A stretch of 64,000 nt of DNA, from assembly GCA_963752285.1 (NCBI GenBank), contig CAVVXN010000003.1, positions 416,001-480,000 of the forward strand, read 5' to 3'. The position numbers and the translations under genes were made by a program. Below, one piece after another: positions 45,925-54,875 of this stretch. The stretch is from an uncultured Planctomycetota bacterium. Its GTDB lineage: Bacteria; Planctomycetota; PLA2; JAEUHO01. Every line of letters begins with the position of its first letter. The first letter of the stretch is position 1. Under the pieces are notes generated by a model. The model was not told the DNA's origin and did no database searches. It was given only the letters and a program-made list of their open reading frames with translations.

Positions 45925-47019
45925 TTGAACGTCGTCGAGGTCCTCGGCCGTCGGTCCGTCGGGTTCGTTCTGAGCCTGGCGTGGCTCCTCGCCTTCGCGA
46001 TCGGCTTCCTGGATCTCGTCGTCGGGCAGAGCCTCTCGCTCTCGGTCTTCTACCTGCTGCCCGTTGCGCTCGCGACCTGGTACGTCGGCCGTCCCGCGGG
46101 GTACATGCTCGCGTTCGTCTGCGCCGCGGTCTGGCTCGGCGCCGAGTACCTGTCCGGCGTGCGGGACTTCGGCCCGTGGGCGCACGTGTGGGGGCTCGGC
46201 ATCCGCTTCGGCTTCCTCTTCTTCTTCGCGTGGGCGCTCTACGCGCTGAAACGGGCCGAGGACCGTCCGTGGGAGCGCGAGCTCGAGATCGCCCACGACA
46301 TCCAGCTCCGCCTGCTGCCCCACGCCGTCCCCACCTGGCCCGGCTTCGAGATCGCGGTGCGCCTCGCGCCCGCGCAGCGGCTCTCCGGCGACTACTACGA
46401 CTTCTTCCCGTCGCGGGACACGATGGACGTTCTCGTGGCCGACGTCATGGGCAAGGGGATCCCCGCGAGCCTCATGATGTCGAACATCCACGCGGTCCTC
46501 CACGGCGCGCACCCGTTCCTCCCGGGGCCCGAGGACCTGAGGGACCGCGCGCGGCTCTTGAACCGCCACCTGCTCCTCTACACCGGGGCGGTCTCGTTCG
46601 TCACGCTCGTCTTCGTCGCCCTCCCTCGTACGGGCGGCACGCTCCACGTCCTGGGCGCGGGACACCCGCCCGGCCTCCGTTTCGACCGTGGCGCGATCAC
46701 GCCGATCCCGTCGTCCGGACCCGCGATCGGGATCCTCGAGGACGCCGACTGGACGGTCGCCGACGTGGACCTTCCCGAAGGCGCCCTCCTCGTCCTCTAC
46801 ACCGACGGCGTGACCGAGGCGCGCGACCCGGAGGGCGACCTCTACGGTCCGGAGCGGCTCGAGCAGAGCCTGGGACGGGTGGCGGAGGGCGCGCGGTCGG
46901 CGGCCGAGGTGCTGGACGGCCTCCTCCTCGACCTCGAGGCGTTCACGACCGAGCCGGTCGGCAAGCAAGACGACGTGCTGGCCGTCGTGATCCGGCGCAC
47001 GGGGACCGAGCGGGCCTGA
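45925..47019 (+). CDS. Membrane-anchored PP2C-type phosphatase (SpoIIE/RsbU family)
   Basis: N-terminal TM helices; ELEIAHDIQ..LLP, SGDYYD, VADVMGKG, AGHPP, LYTDGVTEA, QDDV. Confidence 0.88.
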   Translation: MNVVEVLGRRSVGFVLSLAWLLAFAIGFLDLVVGQSLSLSVFYLLPVALATWYVGRPAGYMLAFVCAAVWLGAEYLSGVRDFGPWAHVWGLGIRFGFLFFFAWALYALKRAEDRPWERELEIAHDIQLRLLPHAVPTWPGFEIAVRLAPAQRLSGDYYDFFPSRDTMDVLVADVMGKGIPASLMMSNIHAVLHGAHPFLPGPEDLRDRARLLNRHLLLYTGAVSFVTLVFVALPRTGGTLHVLGAGHPPGLRFDRGAITPIPSSGPAIGILEDADWTVADVDLPEGALLVLYTDGVTEARDPEGDLYGPERLEQSLGRVAEGARSAAEVLDGLLLDLEAFTTEPVGKQDDVLAVVIRRTGTERA

Positions 47020-47227
47020 TCGGGCGCCCTCGTCCCGGCGTGCGACCGAGGGCCCGGCCGGGACGACGTCTCGCCGATCGCGCCCGGACCTGCGTCCGGT
47101 CCGCCGGCGACGAGGGCGCGGATCCGGAGGCGCAGCGCCGGCGCCGTCGAGGCGTTCGCGTCGGAGGCGCCGCCGAAGTTGGCGGGACGCCGGCGTGCGA
47201 GCGGGAGACGCCCGCCCGCACGGGCCC

Positions 47228-49861
47228 TCAGCGTTTTTGGAGCAGCGCCAGCGCGCGTGCGGCCTCCGCGCGTCTGGCCTCGTCGGCGTCCTCGCGGACG
47301 GTCTTCTCGAGCGCGGGCACCGCGGCGGGTCCGATCGCCGCGAGCGCCTCCGACGCCGCGGCGGGCGGCGTCTCGGGCGGGCCCTCGGCGCCGTCGAGGA
47401 ACGCGGGCGCGGGGACGGTCGTGGTGAGGGCTTGGACCAAGGCCGGGATCGCGGCGCCCGCGCGCGGGCCGATGGCGCCGATCGCGCGCGCGACCTCCAC
47501 GCGCACCTCGAGCTCGGGATCGCCGAGGCGCCCCACCAGCGCGTCGAGCGCCGGGAGCGCCGCGGCGCCTTGTACCGAGATCCCGTAGGCCGCCTCCCGA
47601 CGCACGGTTGCGTGCTCGTCCTCGAGCGCGCCGAGGAGGGCCTCGAGACCCGGCGCGCCGAGGCGCCCCAGCGCGACCGCGGCCTCGGACCGCGTCTCGT
47701 GGAGCGATCCCCCGTAGTCGTGGGCGGCCTCCAGGTGCGCACCGAGCGGTCCGCCAAGCGCGGTCGCCAGGGCGGGAACCGCGGCCAGGCCGGCGGGGGG
47801 GCCGATCCGGCCGATCGCGACGGCCGCGGCGCGGCGCGCCGGCTCGGGCGCGCCGTCCGCACCGAGCACGCGCACCAGGGTCTCGATCGCGTCGGCGGCC
47901 TGCGGTCCGAGGTCGCCGAGCGCGCGCGCGGCCTCGAGCCGGACGTCGAGGTCGGCGTCCTCCTCGACGAAACGAGCGAGCGAAGGCACGGCCCCCGCGC
48001 CGAACGCCGCGAGCGCGCGCACCACGAGCAGCCGGAACGAGGGCTGCTCGTCGCCGCGCAGCCGCTCGAGGGCCGGCAGGGCCCGCGCGTCGGCGATCTG
48101 CCCGAGCGCGCGTACGGCCTCGTAGCGCGCGTCCACGTCCTCCGTCGAGGGGTCGTCGAGCACGCGGAGGAGATCGGGCACCGCGGCGCGCGCGCGCGGG
48201 CCGATGGCGCCGAGCGCGCGGACGGCGGCGAACCGCTCGCGGCCGCGTCCGGCGCGCAGCCGTTCGATGGCGGCCCGAACGTCGTCGGGCGTCTCCGCCC
48301 GGAGCGCGAGCTCGAGCTTCACGTCTTGGAGGGGGATGCCGGCCCCCTCCGGCTGGACCGTCGTGTCCACCTTGTTCCCGGTCACGGGATCGACCGCGTG
48401 GAGCACGAGCGACTGCCAGGGACAGGCGGGGAGCGCGAACGAGCCGTCCGCGGCGGTGGTCGTGCCGAGGAGGTCGTCCACCCATCCGTGGTGGTCGTCG
48501 GCCGCCGCGACCGCGACCGCCGCGCCCGCGACCGGCTTCCCGTCGGGGCCGATCACGTGGCCCGAGACGCGCCACGCGGGAACGACGAACACGTCGCCGC
48601 GCACGACCGGGCCCGCGCGGGCCGAGGGCACGACCCCGAGGTCGCGGCCGTCGCGCGATACGAGTCCCGGCGTGTCCACGCGGAGCCGGGCCAGCGGCGC
48701 GTGCCGCCCGCCGCCGTTCGCGGGGAGTCCGTCGATCTCGTAGTGGCCGTCGGCGTCCGTCGTCGCGATCGCGGCGAAGAGCGCCGGGCGGCCGTACGCC
48801 ACGACCCGCACGCCGGCGATCGGCTTTCGGTCGGGCCCCACGACCCGTCCTCCGACGCCGCGTCCGTGCGCGAGGTCCACGGTGAGCGTCGTGCTCTTGC
48901 CCGACGCGATCGACGCGTTCTTGGGGCCGACGAGCGCCGCGCCCACCCCCGCCGCGCTCACGAACACGCCGGAGATCGTCCCCGGCGTCGTCTTCTCGAT
49001 CTGGAACGTGCCGTCGGCGCCCGTGGTCGCGTCGATCCACGCGGACCGGCCCGGGTCGCCCGCGGCCGACACGATGACCGAGACCTCGGCGCCCGTGATC
49101 GGGCCCTTCGACGTCGCGTCGATCACTTTCACCCCGAAGGTCGCGTCGCCGCCCAGGACCAGGTGCGCGCGCTCGCCGCTCGCGGGCGCGGCCAGGAGTC
49201 GGATCGACGTCGCGCCGCCGCCCTTCGCGACGGCGAGGACGAACGCGCCCTCGATGTCGTGTCCGTGCACGCGCGCGGGGACGCTCTCGAGACGGAAACG
49301 CCCGTCCGCGTCGCTCGTCCCGAGGACCGTCCCGAGCGCCGTGTAGTCACGCACGTCGTCGCCGAGCCTCGTCGAGGCGGGGCGCGCCGCGACCGTCGCG
49401 CCGGCGACCGGCTTTCCGTCGCCGTCCACGACGTCGCCCTCGACGGCGATCGCGGGACCGAGGCGGAGCACGACGGGCGCGGACGTCGGCGCCGCGACCA
49501 GCGCCACCGACACGCCGAACCCCCTCGCCTCGACGCGTGCGCCGTAGACCGTCGCCTCGACGCCGGCGATCTCGAAGGCGCCCTCTGCGTCGGTCGTGGC
49601 CGCGAGGGTCGCGGGCGGCGGCGCGAGCAGGACCGCCTTCGACGCGTCCGAGGTCTCGGCGACGATCGTGGTCGCGTCGAGGAGCAGCACGTGGGCGCCC
49701 GCGACGGGGTCGCCGTCGGAGTCCGTCACCACGCCCCGAACCGTGGCGGCCGGCGCGGCGCCTCCGGGCGCCGCGCGCGCGCCGAGCGCGCCGATGGCGA
49801 GGAGGGCGGCGACCGCCGTCCCCGCGAGGACCCGCGAAGACCACGACTCGAGGCGCGTCAT
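47228..49861 (-). CDS. Secreted protein with carboxypeptidase-regulatory-like repeats and C-terminal HEAT repeats
   Basis: Signal peptide; repeated G.V.D.DG.PVAGA.V...TDA.G.F units; C-terminal ALGAIGP.A..AVP.L HEAT units; GGAGG RBS. Confidence 0.85.
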   Translation of the reverse strand: MTRLESWSSRVLAGTAVAALLAIGALGARAAPGGAAPAATVRGVVTDSDGDPVAGAHVLLLDATTIVAETSDASKAVLLAPPPATLAATTDAEGAFEIAGVEATVYGARVEARGFGVSVALVAAPTSAPVVLRLGPAIAVEGDVVDGDGKPVAGATVAARPASTRLGDDVRDYTALGTVLGTSDADGRFRLESVPARVHGHDIEGAFVLAVAKGGGATSIRLLAAPASGERAHLVLGGDATFGVKVIDATSKGPITGAEVSVIVSAAGDPGRSAWIDATTGADGTFQIEKTTPGTISGVFVSAAGVGAALVGPKNASIASGKSTTLTVDLAHGRGVGGRVVGPDRKPIAGVRVVAYGRPALFAAIATTDADGHYEIDGLPANGGGRHAPLARLRVDTPGLVSRDGRDLGVVPSARAGPVVRGDVFVVPAWRVSGHVIGPDGKPVAGAAVAVAAADDHHGWVDDLLGTTTAADGSFALPACPWQSLVLHAVDPVTGNKVDTTVQPEGAGIPLQDVKLELALRAETPDDVRAAIERLRAGRGRERFAAVRALGAIGPRARAAVPDLLRVLDDPSTEDVDARYEAVRALGQIADARALPALERLRGDEQPSFRLLVVRALAAFGAGAVPSLARFVEEDADLDVRLEAARALGDLGPQAADAIETLVRVLGADGAPEPARRAAAVAIGRIGPPAGLAAVPALATALGGPLGAHLEAAHDYGGSLHETRSEAAVALGRLGAPGLEALLGALEDEHATVRREAAYGISVQGAAALPALDALVGRLGDPELEVRVEVARAIGAIGPRAGAAIPALVQALTTTVPAPAFLDGAEGPPETPPAAASEALAAIGPAAVPALEKTVREDADEARRAEAARALALLQKR

Positions 49862-50072
49862 GAACACCTCCCGGACCGGTCGCCGGCGATTCTTGCGCCC
49901 AGGGGAGGCCCCGACCGGGTTGGGACCCCGATGGGACGCGCACCCCCCCGCGAAAGCGGGCCGGCGCACGCGCGCGGACACGAGCGCGGGACCGGGGCAC
50001 GGGACCGGGCGCCCGTGCGACGCGCGAAGGGACCCCGCTCCCCTCCGCCCGCCCGCTCGGTGGCCCTTCCTT

Positions 50073-50588
50073 CTACTCCAGCAGCTCGTTGTACGTGGCG
50101 AGGTTCAGCCCGAGGATCCGGACCGTCCCCGCGCCCGGCTGGAACCGGACCGCGAGGCGGAACGCCGTCGGGGGGAGCCGTGCGCCGATCAGCGTGGCCC
50201 GACGGTTCGTGGCGTTGTCCACGGTCACGCTGCCGAGGTAGACGGGGTCCGTCGCGAACTGCGCGCCGTCGAGCGCCGGGACGATGCCGATCTCGAGCGT
50301 CGCCGGCGCGCTCGCGGCGTCGGCGTTCGTCACCACCTCGATCGCGGCCCGCTGGTTCCGCGCGCCCACCGCCCCGTTGTCGAGCGTGAGCGTGGAGATC
50401 CAGACCTGGCCCGGGTTCAGGGTGACGCCCACGGGCACGCTCTGGACCGCGGAGAGACCGGTCCACTTCACGGCGCTCGGGGTCGTCAGGGCGACGGGTG
50501 CGCTCGTCCCCCCGCCGCTGCCGCACGCCGCCAGGAACGCGGCGGCGAGCACGAAGCCCAGGAAGCTCCCGATGACGATGTTCTTCAC
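50073..50588 (-). CDS. Putative lipoprotein (171 aa), beta-rich
   Basis: GAGGAGG RBS + GTG; FLAAC lipobox followed by GSGGG; hidden at the end of a long shadow ORF in the track. Confidence 0.75.
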   Translation of the reverse strand: MKNIVIGSFLGFVLAAAFLAACGSGGGTSAPVALTTPSAVKWTGLSAVQSVPVGVTLNPGQVWISTLTLDNGAVGARNQRAAIEVVTNADAASAPATLEIGIVPALDGAQFATDPVYLGSVTVDNATNRRATLIGARLPPTAFRLAVRFQPGAGTVRILGLNLATYNELLE

Positions 50589-50741
50589 GTGTCCTCCTCG
50601 TGCCCGGCCGGCTCCGGGGCGCGTCCTCATGTAACCCCCGGGTGGTGTCCGATTCCATCGCGACGGGCGTCCGATCCTGATTCCAGGGCCGTCCGGCGCG
50701 CGTTCCGAGGAAGGGACGATCGCCGCCCGGAGGAACGAAGC

Positions 50742-52793
50742 GTGGACGACCGGCTCGGGAGCCGTGGTGTCGTGGGGATCCTCGTGCGCGCCGGGCTCGC
50801 GGGGCTCGTGGTCCTCGTCCTCCAGATCCGGACCGAGCGGTCCCTCCTCGCGCACGGCGGGCAGTTCGTCCCTCCGCCCCCGACGCCCGACTCCTCGACC
50901 CCCCTCGACACGCCCCGGGAGACCACGCCGACGTTCGTGGACCCGGGCGTCGGCGGCCCCATCGTCACCCCGGGCGGCGGCTCGCTCCGGCCGGGCGCCG
51001 TCGGGCACCGCCCCGGCGCGGTGACGCCCTCCTGGGAGACCTCGTGGAACCTCTGGTGGCGCATCGCCGGGGAGCGCCTCGTGCCGGCGCACCGCCTCGC
51101 CCGTCTCGCGGGCGCGGTGGCCACGCCCGGCGGCGCGGTCCCGGGCGCCGCGGCGAGCGCGGGCGCATGGGTCGCCGAGCGCGACCGTCTCGTTCGCGAG
51201 CGCGTCGTCCCGCTCCTCCTCCATCTCCTCGACCCGGCGTCGAAGGCGCCCCCCGACGTGGTCGCCTCGGCGGCCATCGCGCTCGGGAAGGTCGCGTACG
51301 AGCCGGAGCAGGCCGAACCGCTCCTGGCGTGGCTCGGCGACGAGAAGGCGCCCGACCTCGCGCGCGAGGGCGCCGCGCTCGGGCTCGGACTCCTCCGGCG
51401 CACCGATCCGAAACGCCAGCTCCCGGCGGGACTGCTCGACCCCGTCCGCGCGCGCCTGCTCCAGGAGTTCGACCGCATCGTGGACGGCAAGCACGTCCAG
51501 GTGCCGGCCCGCGCGCGCATGATCGCGATCCTGTCGATGGGGCTGCTCGGCGACCAGCCCTTCCACACCGACCCGCAGTCCGTAAGCGGCCGGCTCATGA
51601 CGTCGCTCCTGTGGCAGCGCTTCACCGTCCTTCCGCACAAGACCGTGGACGCGCCGATCGCGCTCGTCACGGCGATCGGCCTCGAGCCGCCCGAAGGGGT
51701 GCCGGACGGACTTCGAAACGACCTCCTGCACCTCGCCCTGGGCCGCAAGGTGAGGAACCGGCGCTACGGCGCGTACGTCGGCGCGCACGCGCTGACGGCC
51801 TACGTGCGGCTCTCTGGCGCCGAGGGCCGCTCTGCCGCGCTCCGCATCCTCGGCGACGCGCGCGCCGAGGCCGGGCCGCGCCTCGCCGCCGTCCTCGCGA
51901 TCTCGGAGGCGACGCGCGACATGTCCGCCGAGGAACGCCGCGTCGCCGCGCGGGTCCTGCTGGACGCCGCGGGCCGCGACGAGGAGCTCCTCACGGCGGG
52001 GCTCCTCGACATCACCCTCGGCCGCCTCGTGGCCGCGGACCTCGCGGACGCGAGCGACGCCCTCCTCGCGGACGGCAAGGTGGGGGCGCTCCTGTTCGAC
52101 CACCTCGAGGCAGAGCCGTGGTACCTGCAGGGCTTCAGCGCGATCGCGGTGGGGATCGCGGCCGGCGCCGCGACCGGCGACGGCGAGGCGCGCGTCGCGC
52201 TTCGCACGCGCGCCCGGGACCGCCTGCGCGCGCTCCTGGGCGACAAGACGCGCGAGGCGTCGCCGCGCGCCGCCGCGGCGCTCGCGCTGGGTCTCGCCCG
52301 CGCGACGGACGCGCGGGACGGCCTCCTCGCGATCCTTCGCGGCTCGGGCGACGCCGGGATCCGCGGCGCCGCGGCCCTCGCGCTCGCCTGGCTCGGGCCC
52401 GGCGACCCGGCGTCGGTCGCGGCGCTGCTCGCCGTCGTCCTCGACCCGAACGCACCCCCCGAGGTCCGCGAGAAGGCGGCCCGCGCGCTCTCGGCCCTCG
52501 ACGCGACCGCGGCCACCGAGAAGCTCGTCGCCCTCCTCGAGAAGGGGGGGCACGCCTGGCAGCTCGCCGCGGTCACGACGGCGCTCGGGCGCCTGGGCGA
52601 CCTCGCCGCCGTGGAGCCCCTCGCCCGGATCGCGGCGTCGGACGCGTACCCGGAGCTGGTCCGCGCCATGGCCGTCGTGGGGCTCGGGATCCTCGGCGAC
52701 CCGGAGGAGCGGCCGAGCCTCGAACGGCTGCTCCGCGCCCTGCCCTATCCGATGCGCACGGACGCGTTGGAAGAGCTGATCACGATTCTGTAG
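50742..52793 (+). CDS. Secreted HEAT-repeat protein (AHGG...WxxWW family), paralog 1
   Basis: GGAGG RBS + GTG; signal ending LLA-HGGQF, Pro/Gly linker, SWNLWW, many AALALG HEAT units. Confidence 0.8.
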   Translation: MDDRLGSRGVVGILVRAGLAGLVVLVLQIRTERSLLAHGGQFVPPPPTPDSSTPLDTPRETTPTFVDPGVGGPIVTPGGGSLRPGAVGHRPGAVTPSWETSWNLWWRIAGERLVPAHRLARLAGAVATPGGAVPGAAASAGAWVAERDRLVRERVVPLLLHLLDPASKAPPDVVASAAIALGKVAYEPEQAEPLLAWLGDEKAPDLAREGAALGLGLLRRTDPKRQLPAGLLDPVRARLLQEFDRIVDGKHVQVPARARMIAILSMGLLGDQPFHTDPQSVSGRLMTSLLWQRFTVLPHKTVDAPIALVTAIGLEPPEGVPDGLRNDLLHLALGRKVRNRRYGAYVGAHALTAYVRLSGAEGRSAALRILGDARAEAGPRLAAVLAISEATRDMSAEERRVAARVLLDAAGRDEELLTAGLLDITLGRLVAADLADASDALLADGKVGALLFDHLEAEPWYLQGFSAIAVGIAAGAATGDGEARVALRTRARDRLRALLGDKTREASPRAAAALALGLARATDARDGLLAILRGSGDAGIRGAAALALAWLGPGDPASVAALLAVVLDPNAPPEVREKAARALSALDATAATEKLVALLEKGGHAWQLAAVTTALGRLGDLAAVEPLARIAASDAYPELVRAMAVVGLGILGDPEERPSLERLLRALPYPMRTDALEELITIL

Positions 52794-52805
52794 GGTGTCG
52801 CCCCG

Positions 52806-54794
52806 ATGGTTGCCCGCGCGGGTCCGGTTCTGCTCGTCTCGATCGCGCTCCTCCTCCTCGGCGCGCGCGCGGCCCGCGCCCACGGCGGGAACTTCCGCCT
52901 CGGCGACCCGACCCCCTCGGCGCCGCCGGGGTGGGCGCCCCCGCCCAGCACGACGCCCGGCACGGGCGGGCAGCCGTCGCTGACGCCGACCGGCCAGCCC
53001 AACGCCACGGGGACCGGGCGACGCACGCGCGACCGATCGACCCCCGACCTCTACAACTGGCTCTCCTGGTGGCTCGTGAACGGCGATGGCCTCCTGCCGA
53101 GACGCCATCCGGAGCTGTCGGTCTCGGTGCCGACCGTCACGCCCAGCGAGTCGGGCGGGCTGCCGCCCGAGCTCGAGGCGCGCGTCCAGTGGCAGCGGCG
53201 CCTCGACGAGACCGCCGCGCGCGTGGCCGTCCCCTTCCTGCTGGACCTCCTGCGAACCGACCGCTCCGCGTCCGACGAGCTGGTCGGCGCGGCGCTGATC
53301 GCCGTCGCGCGGATCGCGAAGGGCGACGCGGCCGTGGACGTGCTCCGGCGCTTCGCGTTCGACCCGAAGGCGGGCGCCGAGGTGCGCGAGTGCGCCATCG
53401 TCGGCATGGGGTTCCAGCGGCGTACGCGCGGGTCCGACCAGCTCCCCGTGGCGGAGATCCAGCACCTCCGCCACGACCTCCTCTCCCTCTTCGACGACGA
53501 GCGCCTCCCGACGCGCTCACGCGCGTTCGCGATGTACGCCCTCGCGCTCCTCGCCGACCAGCCGTACCCCGACGGCCCGATGCAACGGTACGGCCGCGAC
53601 CTCTCGCGCGAGATCTTCCTGCGCCTCCGGGCGCGCTACGCCGCCGAGGATCTGCCCGTCGCGCTCCTGACGGCGCTCGGGCGCCAGCCGCCCGAGGGCG
53701 TGCCGAGCGAGGTCGTGGACGACCTCCGCGTGATCGCGCTCCGCGGACGGGGTCTCGGGCGGTCGTGGGACACGGTCCTTCGTTCGCACGTTCTCTCGAC
53801 CCTCGTGGGGCTGCGGGTCCCCGACGCGGGGCGGATCGCGCTCAACGTCTTCGCGGCGGCGCGCGAGCCGGAGGTCCTCCAGGCGAGCGCGGCGATCGCG
53901 CTCACCGCCCTCGCCTCCCGGATCGACGCCCCGGCGCGGGCCGGCATCGCGTCGAACCTCCGGCGCGCGCTCCCTCGCCAGCACCGCGAGCGCGCGTTCC
54001 AGCTCGGGCTCCTCGCCCTCGGAACGCTCCTCGGCGAGGACCTCGCCGACGACTCGGAGGCGATCCTCTCGAGCGCGCACGCGGACTCCTTCCTGCTCGA
54101 ACGGCTGCGGTGGGGCAACAGCCAGGAGCGACCCTTCGCGGCGCTCGCGCTCGGCATCGCGGCCGCGCACGCGCACCCCACGAGCCGCCCGGTCCTCGTC
54201 TTCCTGACCCAGGCGCGCCGCGCGCTCGCGAAGGGGCTCGTGGACGCCCGGGGGCCGGACGACGTGGTCGCCGCGTACGCCATCGCGTGCGGCCTCGCGC
54301 ACGCCGAGGAGGCGGAGGAGACCCTGCTCGACGACGTCCACGACACGAACGCGGCGCCCGTGCTCCGCGGCCAGGCCGCGGTCGCGCTCGCGGCGCTCCG
54401 GCTCGCGGACGCCGACGTCGAGAAGGCGCTGCTCGACCTCGCGCGCGAGCGCATCCATCCGTACGTCCACGTAGAGGCGGTCCGTGCGCTCTCCATCCTC
54501 GGCGCGCACGGCGCCGTCGAGGACCTGCTGGTCCAGCTCGAAGACCGTTCGTCGCCGAGCGCCCTGCTCGTCGTCGCGACCGCGCTCGGGCGCCTCGGCC
54601 ACCCCGCCGCCACGGAGCGCCTGATCGCCCTCGCGCGCGACCCGAAGTCGCTCGAGGCCGCGCGCGTCGCGGCGGTGGTGGCGCTGGGTCTCCTCTTCGA
54701 CCGCGAGGAGCCCCCGAGCCGGGTCCGCCTGAACCTCTACGCCGACTACGTCGCGCTCACCGAGTCCCTGGCCCGCTGGATCGACATCCTCTGA
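52806..54794 (+). CDS. Secreted HEAT-repeat protein (AHGG...WxxWW family), paralog 2
   Basis: Signal ending ARA-HGGNF, Pro/Thr linker, NWLSWW, HEAT units; colinear similarity to 50742-52793 (RRTxxxxQLP, LLxDQP, AVVxLGxL.D.EE, terminal IxIL). Confidence 0.82.
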   Translation: MVARAGPVLLVSIALLLLGARAARAHGGNFRLGDPTPSAPPGWAPPPSTTPGTGGQPSLTPTGQPNATGTGRRTRDRSTPDLYNWLSWWLVNGDGLLPRRHPELSVSVPTVTPSESGGLPPELEARVQWQRRLDETAARVAVPFLLDLLRTDRSASDELVGAALIAVARIAKGDAAVDVLRRFAFDPKAGAEVRECAIVGMGFQRRTRGSDQLPVAEIQHLRHDLLSLFDDERLPTRSRAFAMYALALLADQPYPDGPMQRYGRDLSREIFLRLRARYAAEDLPVALLTALGRQPPEGVPSEVVDDLRVIALRGRGLGRSWDTVLRSHVLSTLVGLRVPDAGRIALNVFAAAREPEVLQASAAIALTALASRIDAPARAGIASNLRRALPRQHRERAFQLGLLALGTLLGEDLADDSEAILSSAHADSFLLERLRWGNSQERPFAALALGIAAAHAHPTSRPVLVFLTQARRALAKGLVDARGPDDVVAAYAIACGLAHAEEAEETLLDDVHDTNAAPVLRGQAAVALAALRLADADVEKALLDLARERIHPYVHVEAVRALSILGAHGAVEDLLVQLEDRSSPSALLVVATALGRLGHPAATERLIALARDPKSLEAARVAAVVALGLLFDREEPPSRVRLNLYADYVALTESLARWIDIL

Positions 54795-54875
54795 CCGTCC
54801 GGCCATCATGGGCCCGGGAGCCCTCTCCGGTGGGAGGGGGCGCGTCAGCGACGGCGGGAGGCGCCGGGAGAGAGC

